From Armatimonadota bacterium (GTDB lineage: Bacteria; Sysuimicrobiota; Sysuimicrobiia; Sysuimicrobiales; Kaftiobacteriaceae), in contig JBBIUY010000004.1 of NCBI GenBank assembly GCA_037440005.1, positions 71,323-135,322 of the forward strand: a stretch of DNA of 64,000 nt, given 5' to 3'. Under the pieces are notes generated by a model. That model saw only the letters and a program-made list of their open reading frames with translations. It was not told where the DNA came from and made no database searches. Positions 11,555 to 19,713 of the stretch are shown in pieces (the stretch's first letter is position 1; the number at the start of each line of letters is the position of its first letter). The position numbers and the translations under genes were made by a program.

Positions 11555-12511
11555 TTACCGCCGCAGGGGCGCCGGAGGGATCTGGGTGGGGACCAGCAAC
11601 CCGGGCGGGGCGCTGAGCACCCGCGGAATGGCGGAGACCACCAGCGCGCAGGTGGCCGCGTCGCCGTGCAGCCCTCCGGGGATCTCCACGGCGACGGACG
11701 GGTCGCCGTCGATGCGCACCGAGTCCCGGGGCCTGACCGCACCCCGGGCCATCAGCAGGTCCAGCACCACCGCGTCCCGGCCGGAGCGCACGCCGCGCAG
11801 GACCTGGTGGATGCCTCGCACGACGCCCCCGGCGTCCGCGACGGGCTCGACCGACTCCTCCACGCCGTCCAGGGTCCAGCCCAGGGCGTGGGCGACAATC
11901 GCCGCCGACTCGGCCAGCCCCACGTGGCCCAACCGGCCGTCGGCCACCCCCCGGCGGAACTCCTCGACGGTCAGTCCCACCCCTGCCTTGCGCCGCAGGG
12001 ACTCGCGCCGGACGTCCAGGTCCACCACCCGCTCCACGGTGACCGCGCGCACCTCCCGGCAGGGCAGGGCCAGCACGACGGGGAGGACGTCCATGACGAA
12101 CCCGGGGTTGACGCCCAGGCCGACGACCACCGCTCCCCGGCTGCGCGCCAGCGCGTCCAGGTCGGCCGCCTCCCGCGGGTACCGGAGCCAGGGGAACGCC
12201 AGCTCCTCGCAGGTGGAGATGACCGACATCCCCGCGTCGACCACAGGCGTGATCTGGGGCAGGACGTCGGACAGCCGCGAGCGGGTGGAGTGCAGGACCA
12301 CATCGGCGCCGGCGGACAGCAGTCCGCCGGGGTCGGCAAAGATCCGGACGTCTTCCGGGGCACCGGGCACCAGGTCCGAGGCGGGCCGGCCGGTCTTGCG
12401 GGGGTCGGAGTCCACGGCCCCGACCAGGACGTGACCCCGGGCGATGGCCAGTTCCGCGATGCCTGCGCCGATGGAGCCCAGGCCGTACTGGATAAAGCGC
12501 ACAGACCGCAC
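11555..12511 (-). CDS. DapB-like NAD(P)-dependent dehydrogenase (2,4-diaminopentanoate dehydrogenase / native amine dehydrogenase family)
   Basis: Rossmann QYGLGSIG; ISTCEEL; GVNPGFVMD; GHVGLAES; GDAAT; start GTG 12511 (alternative ATG 12520). Confidence 0.8.
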   Translation of the reverse strand: MRSVRFIQYGLGSIGAGIAELAIARGHVLVGAVDSDPRKTGRPASDLVPGAPEDVRIFADPGGLLSAGADVVLHSTRSRLSDVLPQITPVVDAGMSVISTCEELAFPWLRYPREAADLDALARSRGAVVVGLGVNPGFVMDVLPVVLALPCREVRAVTVERVVDLDVRRESLRRKAGVGLTVEEFRRGVADGRLGHVGLAESAAIVAHALGWTLDGVEESVEPVADAGGVVRGIHQVLRGVRSGRDAVVLDLLMARGAVRPRDSVRIDGDPSVAVEIPGGLHGDAATCALVVSAIPRVLSAPPGLLVPTQIPPAPLRR

Positions 12512-12574
12512 GGGCCCCATTGTAGCAGGGCCGGTCGCTGGCGTCCTGAAGCGGGCGCACCTGCCCGGGAGGGG

Positions 12575-12603
12575 GGAGGGGAGGCCGGATCAGCCTCCCC
12601 TCC
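12575..12603 (-). terminator. Hairpin downstream of the second S8 protease
   Basis: GGAGGGGAGGC-cggatca-GCCTCCCCTCC 11-bp stem. Confidence 0.45.
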
Positions 12604-12651
12604 GCCGCTGCGGGCCGAATCGCCTTCGCCCGCCGCGCGTGGACGTGGCCG

Positions 12652-14052
12652 TTACTTTCCGGTCACCGCGCGGTAGGCGTTGATCCGGCCGAAGCCGTAC
12701 CACATGTCCTTGCCGGGCTTGCCCAGGTCGTCGGCGGACCGCTTGAGGATGGCCACGATCTGGTCTCCGGTCAGCTCTCCTCCGTACACCGAGTCTACCA
12801 GGGCCGCCGCACCGCTCACGTGGGCCGCGGCCATGCTGGTGCCCAGCATGAACAGCCCCGCCTGTCCGCTGCCGCAGCCAGGCCGGCTGAACCGCGCGCA
12901 GGCGGAGATGATGGCATCGGTCATTACCTTGGGGTTGAAGCTCCCGCCGGGGGCGGCGAAGGTGAGGATGGACATCCCGTGGTCGGAGTAGACGACGATG
13001 CTGCCGTCCGGAAGCTGGGCGCGTGCCATGCTGTCCACACCCGCTCCAAACCACGGCCCTGTCGCCGACACGGCGGCCACGTGGGGCAGCTCGGCCGGGA
13101 TCTTCATCATATTGCCCATGCGGTCCCAGTTGACGCCGTTGTTGCCCGCGGACGCCACAAGAAGCGCTCCACGGGCGTGGGCGTAGTTGACGGCCCGGTT
13201 GAGGGCGGCCAGCAGCTGGGCGTCGTCACGGCCCTGCTTGACCAGGGTGTCGCCAAAGCTCATGTTGATGACGTCCGCGCCCACGTCGGCGGCGTACTTG
13301 ATGGCCGCGATGATGTCGCCGTACTCGGCAAAGCCGGTCCTCCCGGACACCTTGAGGGCGATGAGGGTCACCCCGGGAGCCACCCCCGCCACGTTGTATC
13401 CCCGGGCGGCGATGATCCCGGCCACATGAGTCCCGTGGCCGTGCACGTCCAGGTACGGCAGAGAGCCCGGCGGCAGCGGCTCCGTCCAGTACGACCTGCT
13501 GAGGACCGGGTCCACCTTGCCGACCAGGTCCTGGTGCCCGTAGTCGATCCCCGAGTCGATGACCGCCACCTTCACGCGGCGGTCGCCCACCACCCCCGCG
13601 GCCCACACCCGGTCGGCGCCGATCGCCCGCATGTTCCACTGGGCCCCGAAGAACCGCGCCGACGCGGGGTTCACCCCCTCCGCCGCCAGCGCCTCAGGTG
13701 CGGGGCTTCCGTCGGCGCCTTCCAGGACGACGGGCTCCTGGTCGGGCAGCCCCACCCCCACCAGCCGGTCCTCGCTCACCCCCTGCACGCCGGCGACGCC
13801 GATGGCGGCGTCGGCGAACGCCGGGTCGTCGGACTCCACGACCGCCACGCCGATCTCGTCCATCCGGTGGACGATCCGGCCTCCCACCGACGCCATCAGG
13901 CCCTCAAACTCCGGCGGCAGGGTCTGACCCGACCACACCACCACGTAGCGGCGGCCGCCCGCAGACGCGGCGGTCTGCGGCGGCTGCGCCGCCAGGGCCG
14001 CCAGCGCCACGATGACCACCAGCACGCCTGCAACCCGCACAAGACCTCGCAT
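12652..14052 (-). CDS. Secreted S8 family serine peptidase
   Basis: Signal peptide; VIDSGID, HGTHVAG, SAGN, GTSMAAAHVSG; DDLGKPGKDMWYGFGRINA. Confidence 0.92.
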   Translation of the reverse strand: MRGLVRVAGVLVVIVALAALAAQPPQTAASAGGRRYVVVWSGQTLPPEFEGLMASVGGRIVHRMDEIGVAVVESDDPAFADAAIGVAGVQGVSEDRLVGVGLPDQEPVVLEGADGSPAPEALAAEGVNPASARFFGAQWNMRAIGADRVWAAGVVGDRRVKVAVIDSGIDYGHQDLVGKVDPVLSRSYWTEPLPPGSLPYLDVHGHGTHVAGIIAARGYNVAGVAPGVTLIALKVSGRTGFAEYGDIIAAIKYAADVGADVINMSFGDTLVKQGRDDAQLLAALNRAVNYAHARGALLVASAGNNGVNWDRMGNMMKIPAELPHVAAVSATGPWFGAGVDSMARAQLPDGSIVVYSDHGMSILTFAAPGGSFNPKVMTDAIISACARFSRPGCGSGQAGLFMLGTSMAAAHVSGAAALVDSVYGGELTGDQIVAILKRSADDLGKPGKDMWYGFGRINAYRAVTGK

Positions 14053-14265
14053 CAGTGCGTCTCCCTCAGGAAAGTGCTGGAGGGCCTGCCGGCCTCCAGC
14101 CGTGCCGATTACGTGGAACTTCCGGAGAACTCCAAATCCGAGAAGATGGATCGGGCCCGCCCGCGCCGCCCCTGCCGCGCGGGCCGGATGCCCGTCCCCG
14201 CCCGTCGTGCGCTTCCGACGACCCTCCCCCGAAGAGCCTCCCCCGGCTGTTTACTTCCCCACCGG

Positions 14266-14281
14266 AGCAAGAGCCGTGCCC
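14266..14281 (-). promoter_or_regulatory. Candidate sigma54 (-24/-12) promoter facing the S8 peptidase gene
   Basis: Minus strand reads GGGCACG-gctc-TTGCT (GG-N10-GC), about 215 bp upstream of the start at 14052. Confidence 0.5.
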
Positions 14282-14348
14282 GGAGGGCAGGGAGGCGCCC
14301 GCCGGACCGGCGAACACATATCCGGGTCGCGGTCCAAAGGAGCCCCCA

Positions 14349-15290
14349 GTGCCCGTTGCGGTCGTCGCCATCGGCGGCAACTCCCTGATCACCGACGAAG
14401 CCCGCCCCACCGTGGCCGGCGAGATCGCCGCCCTGGAGGGGACGAGCGTCCACATCGCCGAGATGCTGGCGCGGGGGTGGGACGTGGTCCTCACCCACGG
14501 CAACGGCCCCCAGGTGGGGTTTGGCCTCCTGCGCAGCGAGCTGGCCGCCGGGGTGGTCCCGCCGCTGCCCCTGGACGTGCTGGGGGCGCAGACCCAGGGC
14601 AGCATCGGGTACCTGATCCAGCAGGTCCTGGGCAACGCGCTGCGCCGGCGGGGGATCCGCAAGCCCATCGCCACCGTGGTCACCCAGGCGGTGGTGGACC
14701 CGCAGGATCCCGCGTTCTCCCATCCCACCAAACCTATCGGCCGGTTTTACTCCAAACTTGAGGCCGAGCGGCTGGCGGCCGAGCGGGGCTGGCAGGTGGT
14801 GGAGGACGCGGGGAGGGGGTGGCGGCGGGTGGTCCCGTCCCCGCGGCCGGTGGAGATCGTGGAGTGGCCGGTGATCAAGGACCTGGCCGGGGCGGGGGTG
14901 GTGGTGGTGGCCTGCGGCGGGGGAGGGATCCCGGTGGTCCGGGAGCCCGACGGGCGGCTGCGGGGGGTGGAGGCGGTGATCGACAAGGACCTGGCCAGCG
15001 CCCTGCTGGCGGCGTTGCTGGGGGTGGACCTGCTGCTGATCTCGACGGCGGTGGACCGGGCGTACCTGGACTACGGGAGGCCGGGCCAGCGGCCGGTGGC
15101 GGTCCTGACGGTGGAGGAGGCCCGCCGCTACCTGGCCGCGGGCCAGTTCCCGCCGGGCAGCATGGGCCCCAAGATCGAAGCGGCGGTGCAGTTCCTGCAG
15201 GGGGGCGGGCGGGAGGTGATCATCACCTCTCCCCCGCAGATCCCCCGGGCGCTGGCCGGGGAGGCCGGCACCCGCATCGTGGCCGGGTGA
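14349..15290 (+). CDS. arcC: Carbamate kinase
   Basis: VVAIGGNSL, THGNGPQVG, PTKPIG, GWRRVVPSP, EAVIDKD, GSMGPKIEAA; AAAGGAG SD before GTG 14349. Confidence 0.95.
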   Translation: MPVAVVAIGGNSLITDEARPTVAGEIAALEGTSVHIAEMLARGWDVVLTHGNGPQVGFGLLRSELAAGVVPPLPLDVLGAQTQGSIGYLIQQVLGNALRRRGIRKPIATVVTQAVVDPQDPAFSHPTKPIGRFYSKLEAERLAAERGWQVVEDAGRGWRRVVPSPRPVEIVEWPVIKDLAGAGVVVVACGGGGIPVVREPDGRLRGVEAVIDKDLASALLAALLGVDLLLISTAVDRAYLDYGRPGQRPVAVLTVEEARRYLAAGQFPPGSMGPKIEAAVQFLQGGGREVIITSPPQIPRALAGEAGTRIVAG

Positions 15291-15374
15291 GAGGGTGTGG
15301 ACGGTTGATGACGGGGGGCCGCCGGTGACAGACTGAGGGCGGAGAGCAACCGCGGGACGGAAGGGGGGAGGGCC

Positions 15375-16592
15375 GTGGACGAGCTGCCGCTGGCGTCGCG
15401 GATGCGGGGGCTGGGCACGGAAACGGCGTTCGAGGTCCTGGCCCGGGCGCGGGACCTGGAACGGCAGGGGCGGTCCATCATCCACCTGGAGATCGGGGAG
15501 CCCGACTTCGACACCCCCGAGCACATCAAGGAGGCAGCCATCAAAGCCCTGCGGGACGGCTACACCCACTACACGCCGTCGGCGGGTCTGTACGAGGCCC
15601 GGGAGGCCGTCGCCCAGCACGTGGAGGCCACCCGCAAGATTCCGGTCCACCCGGACGAGGTGGTCATCACCCCGGGCAGCAAGCCGGTGATGTTCTTCGC
15701 CATCCTGGCCCTGGTGGAGCCCGGTGACGAGGTGATTTACCCGGACCCCGGCTATCCCATCTACGAGTCGGTGGCCCGCTTCGCGGGGGGCGTCCCCCGG
15801 CCGCTGGTCCTGCGGGAGGCCCGCGGCTTCCGCGTCGACCCCGACGAGCTGCGGGAGCTGATCACCCCCAGGACCAAGCTGGTGATCCTCAACTCGCCGC
15901 ACAACCCCTGCGGCTCGGTCCTGACCCGCGAGGACGTGGTGGCGATCGCCGAGATCGTGCAGCGGTCGCGGGCGTTTGTGCTGTCGGACGAAATCTACTG
16001 GCAGATCCTGTACGAGGGCGCCCACTACAGCATCGCCAGCGTGCCGGGGATGAAAGAGCGCACCATCCTGCTGGACGGCTTTTCCAAGGCCTACGCCATG
16101 ACCGGGTGGCGGCTGGGCTTTGGGGTCATGCGCCGGGACCTGGCCGCCCGGATGACCCAGCTGATGGTCAACTCCAACTCCTGCGCGGCGGCGTTCACCC
16201 AGATCGCCGGCATCGCGGCCCTGCGGGGCCCCCGGGAGCCGGTGGAGCGCATGGTGGCCGAGTTCCACCGCCGGCGGGACGTGATCGTCTCAGGGCTGCG
16301 GGCCCTGGACGGGGTGACGTGCGCCATGCCCGCCGGGGCGTTCTACGCCTTCCCCAACGTCAGCCGGATCGACCCCGACAGCCGGCGGCTGGCCGACTTC
16401 CTGCTGACCGAGGCGGGGGTCGCGTGCCTGGCGGGGACGGCTTTCGGGGAGCACGGGCAGGGCTACCTGCGCCTGTCGTACGCCACCAGCGTCGACAACA
16501 TCCGGGAAGGGCTGGCGCGCATGGCCCAGGCGCTGCAACGCTATCCGGCGGCCGCCCGGGACCCCCGCGGGCCGGCAGCCCGCCCGGGGTAG
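15375..16592 (+). CDS. PLP-dependent class I/II aminotransferase (aspartate aminotransferase-like)
   Basis: IGEPDFDTP, NSPHNPCG, SDEIY, FSKAYAMTGWRLG, GAFYAFP, YLRLSYA. Confidence 0.93.
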   Translation: MDELPLASRMRGLGTETAFEVLARARDLERQGRSIIHLEIGEPDFDTPEHIKEAAIKALRDGYTHYTPSAGLYEAREAVAQHVEATRKIPVHPDEVVITPGSKPVMFFAILALVEPGDEVIYPDPGYPIYESVARFAGGVPRPLVLREARGFRVDPDELRELITPRTKLVILNSPHNPCGSVLTREDVVAIAEIVQRSRAFVLSDEIYWQILYEGAHYSIASVPGMKERTILLDGFSKAYAMTGWRLGFGVMRRDLAARMTQLMVNSNSCAAAFTQIAGIAALRGPREPVERMVAEFHRRRDVIVSGLRALDGVTCAMPAGAFYAFPNVSRIDPDSRRLADFLLTEAGVACLAGTAFGEHGQGYLRLSYATSVDNIREGLARMAQALQRYPAAARDPRGPAARPG

Positions 16593-16629
16593 GCGCGGGG
16601 AAGCAGGCGGCCGGGCAGGGCCGGAGGAC

Positions 16630-17145
16630 TCAGTCCAGGGGGCCGGGCCGGAAGGAGCGGACCACCGCGTCGCACTCCTTCTGGCCATCGCGCCAGCGCT
16701 CCAGGGGTTTGGCGCAGGCTGCGATCGCCAGCCGCGCCGTCCCTGCGGCCACGGCGCCCACCGCGGCCCACTGGCGGGCGCCGGCGCTGCCGGTGACTTC
16801 GAACTTGTACCACACCCCGGCTCCCGTGCGCCGGGAGTCGGGCTGAAAACCCGAGATCCCGTGGACGGGCAGCAGGCTGAAGACCTCCCGGCGGACGGTC
16901 GCGTCGTCCGGGGGCCCGTCGGCCGGGCGGGTGGCCACGACGATGAACTCCGCCGGCTCGGCGTCCTCGGGCGTGTCCGGCGGGACCAGCCACAGGTCGT
17001 CCCCGCGGAGGCGGGCGTCCCATCCCGCCGGGTGCTGGACGGCGGCGCCGGAGGGGGCGCGGGATTCCACCAGGGCGGGGGAGGGGGCCGGCCGCGCGCA
17101 GCCTGCCGCCAGCACGGTCAACATGGCGATCCACCGCAGGCGCAC
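16630..17145 (-). CDS. Hypothetical lipoprotein
   Basis: Lipobox LAAGC after a basic/hydrophobic N-terminus; fills the gap between flanking genes. Confidence 0.7.
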   Translation of the reverse strand: MRLRWIAMLTVLAAGCARPAPSPALVESRAPSGAAVQHPAGWDARLRGDDLWLVPPDTPEDAEPAEFIVVATRPADGPPDDATVRREVFSLLPVHGISGFQPDSRRTGAGVWYKFEVTGSAGARQWAAVGAVAAGTARLAIAACAKPLERWRDGQKECDAVVRSFRPGPLD

Positions 17146-17233
17146 AGGCCCGATGTTCGCGGAGAGCGCCAGCGGTCCCTTGCGGGACCCAGCCGGGAGT
17201 CTGGCACACTAGTATGCGGAGGGAGGGCCGCCC

Positions 17234-18229
17234 GTGCGCGCCGTCGTCCTCACCGCCCCGGGGGCCGTTGACTCCTCGGTCTTAGAGCTGCGGGATGTGC
17301 CGGTGCCCGAGCCGGGCCCCGGCCAGGTCCGCGTCCGCGTCCGGCGGTGCGGAGTCTGCCACACCGACCTGCACATCGCCGAGGGCGAGCTGCCGCCTGC
17401 GCGTCTGCCGGTGGTGCTGGGTCACCAGGCGGTGGGCGTAGTGGACCGGCTGGGGCCCGGGGTCAGCGCCCCGCCGGAAGGCAGCCGGGTGGGCGTGGCC
17501 TGGGTGGGAGGCGCCTGCGGGACGTGCGCGTACTGCCGCCGGGGCGAGGAGAACCTGTGCGCGGATTTGGTGTGCACCGGGTACCACGTGGACGGCGGTT
17601 ATGCCGAGTACCTGGTCGCCCGGGCCGATTTCGTCTACCCGCTGCCGGACGGGTTCGACGACGACCGGGCCGCCCCGCTGCTGTGCGCGGGGATCATCGG
17701 CTACCGGTCCCTGCGGCTGTCGGGGGTGCGGCCGGGCGGGAGGCTGGGGCTGTTCGGCTTCGGCGCGTCGGCGCACCTGGCCATCCAGGTGGCCCGCCAC
17801 TGGGGGTGCGAGGTCTTCGTCTTCACCCGCAGCCCGGCCCGCCGGCGCCTGGCCGAATCCCTTGGGGCCGCGTGGGTGGGCGGGCCGGAGGACGCCCCGC
17901 CGGCCGAGCTGGACGCGGCGGTGGTGTTTGCCCCGGCGGGCGAGGTGGTGGTGGAGGCCCTGCGGCGGCTGCGGCGGGGCGGCACCGTGGCCGTCAACGC
18001 CGTCCACCTGGACCGGCTGCCGGCGGTGGACTACCGGCTGCTGTACTGGGAACGCGTCCTCCGCAGCGTCAGCAACAGCACCCGCCAGGACGGCCGGGAG
18101 TTCGTGGAGCTGGCGGCGCGGATTCCTCTGCGGGTGGAGGTCCAGACCTTTCCCCTGCACGAGGCATCCCGCGCCCTGACCGCCCTCAAGCGCGGGGAGA
18201 TCACCGGCGCCGGCGTCCTCGCCCTCTGA
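17234..18229 (+). CDS. Zinc-dependent alcohol dehydrogenase family protein
   Basis: CGVCHTD, LGHQ, structural Zn CGTCAYC..C, PLLCAG, GLFGFGASAH. Confidence 0.93.
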   Translation: MRAVVLTAPGAVDSSVLELRDVPVPEPGPGQVRVRVRRCGVCHTDLHIAEGELPPARLPVVLGHQAVGVVDRLGPGVSAPPEGSRVGVAWVGGACGTCAYCRRGEENLCADLVCTGYHVDGGYAEYLVARADFVYPLPDGFDDDRAAPLLCAGIIGYRSLRLSGVRPGGRLGLFGFGASAHLAIQVARHWGCEVFVFTRSPARRRLAESLGAAWVGGPEDAPPAELDAAVVFAPAGEVVVEALRRLRRGGTVAVNAVHLDRLPAVDYRLLYWERVLRSVSNSTRQDGREFVELAARIPLRVEVQTFPLHEASRALTALKRGEITGAGVLAL

Positions 18230-18255
18230 CGCCCCGCAAGTGAAAGCGCAGTGAT

Positions 18256-18277
18256 CCCTTTTTCCCTTTTCCCTTTT
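18256..18277 (-). repeat. Short (AAAAGGG)n heptamer tract
   Basis: CCCTTTTT-CCCTTTT-CCCTTTT directly after the stop of the minus-strand gene; same heptamer as the argG-argH array. Confidence 0.6.
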
Positions 18278-19112
18278 ACCGGGGCGGGGCCGGCGCGGTG
18301 GCGCAGTTGACGCAGTGGTTGGTCAGGCGCAGGGTCAGGCGGCCGCTCACCCGGCCGATGCCGCTGAGGGTGGTGACGGTGTCGGCGGTGACCGACGCCC
18401 ACACCGGCTGGCCGGCCACGGTCAGGTAGCCCACGGTGGTGGTGACGTCTCCCCAGTCGTAGGAGACCACCAGCTCGTACAGCAGCCCGGCCTCGTCCAC
18501 CGTAGCCCGGATGGCGTAGGGCGGGCCGGGGCGGACCAGGAACTCCCGCATGGGCTCCGAGGTGTACAGCCACTGGGCGATCTTGCGCCGGGTCGCGGGA
18601 TCGCGGGCGTCCCGGGGCTGTCCGTAGCGCGCGATGGCGTCGTCCACGATGCTGCGGTGGACGCCGGCCAGGACGTACCGCCGCCCGGGCAGCTCGGCCA
18701 GCAGGAAGATGTCGTGGGCGTGGAAGGTCTCGGGGTTGTCGGCCTCGGTCTCGATCTTCTCCTCGATGGTCCGCCGCAGGGTGGGCCCGAACGGACGCAG
18801 CAGCAGCGGCAGGTCCAGCCGGTGGATGGTGACCCGCCGACGCCGGACGCCGTCGGCGCCCCGCCACTCCAGCACCGAGCCCGCCGCCTCCACCGCCAGC
18901 CGGCTGCTCCGGACCGTCACCACCAGCGTGCCGGTGAAGTCCGCGGTGAGCGTGTAGGGCTCTTTGCCCTCGCTGCCGAACAGGCGCGCCAGCAGGTGGT
19001 CCACCGACGGCGACTGGGCGCGGGCCGACCCTGCCAACAGCAGGACCCCCGCCGCCAGCACCGCGCTCAGGACCCGCCCGGGCCGCGCGAGATTCCTGCG
19101 CACGGTGCCCAT
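18276..19112 (-). CDS. Hypothetical exported protein
   Basis: ATG overlaps the TAA of the upstream nitroreductase (TAATG); signal peptide ending ARA-Q; C-terminal CxxC (NHCVNC). Confidence 0.7.
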   Translation of the reverse strand: MGTVRRNLARPGRVLSAVLAAGVLLLAGSARAQSPSVDHLLARLFGSEGKEPYTLTADFTGTLVVTVRSSRLAVEAAGSVLEWRGADGVRRRRVTIHRLDLPLLLRPFGPTLRRTIEEKIETEADNPETFHAHDIFLLAELPGRRYVLAGVHRSIVDDAIARYGQPRDARDPATRRKIAQWLYTSEPMREFLVRPGPPYAIRATVDEAGLLYELVVSYDWGDVTTTVGYLTVAGQPVWASVTADTVTTLSGIGRVSGRLTLRLTNHCVNCATAPAPPR

Positions 19113-19660
19113 TATACGGACCGGCCGTCGGGGGAGGAAGCGCCGTACCGCTCCCAGGACACCAGGGACGACAGAGGACGCCGTCCGCGCCCGGCCAGGA
19201 TCCGCAGCGCCGCCCGCTCGATGGGCCCGCGGCCGCGGGGATGCGGGTAGCCCAGGGAGAGGGCCACGGCCAGCACCCGGTCCGGCGGCACGCCCAGGAA
19301 CGCCTTGGCCTCCTCCGCCCGGTGGAGGGTGGCGGGACAGGAGGCGACGCCGAAGGCCCAGGCGGCCAGCATCATGTTCTGGGCGCACCGCCCGGCGTCA
19401 AACAGTGCCGCCGGGTCGTCCACGACCACCACCACGGCCGCCGCGGCGGTCGCCAGGTGCTGGGCGAACCGTCCGAAGGCGGCCAGCGCCTGCAGGCGGG
19501 CGCGGTCCCGGACCACGATGAAGTGCCAGGGCTGGCGGTTGCGGCTGCTGCCGCTCATGCGGCCCGCGGTGAGGATCTTGCGCAGCACGGCGGCCGGCAG
19601 GGGCCGGTCGGTGAAGGTGCGCAGGTCGCGCTTGGTGACGATGCACCGGTAGGCGTCCAC
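19112..19660 (-). CDS. Nitroreductase family protein
   Basis: KRDLRTF, SGSSRNRQPWHFIVV, DAGRCAQNMMLAAWAFGVASC, LSLGYP; start GTG 19660. Confidence 0.9.
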   Translation of the reverse strand: MDAYRCIVTKRDLRTFTDRPLPAAVLRKILTAGRMSGSSRNRQPWHFIVVRDRARLQALAAFGRFAQHLATAAAAVVVVVDDPAALFDAGRCAQNMMLAAWAFGVASCPATLHRAEEAKAFLGVPPDRVLAVALSLGYPHPRGRGPIERAALRILAGRGRRPLSSLVSWERYGASSPDGRSV

Positions 19661-19713
19661 AGGAGAGCCCTTCGCGGCCGGACGCGGGCGGGCCCTGCTA
19701 CAATGGGCGTGAC

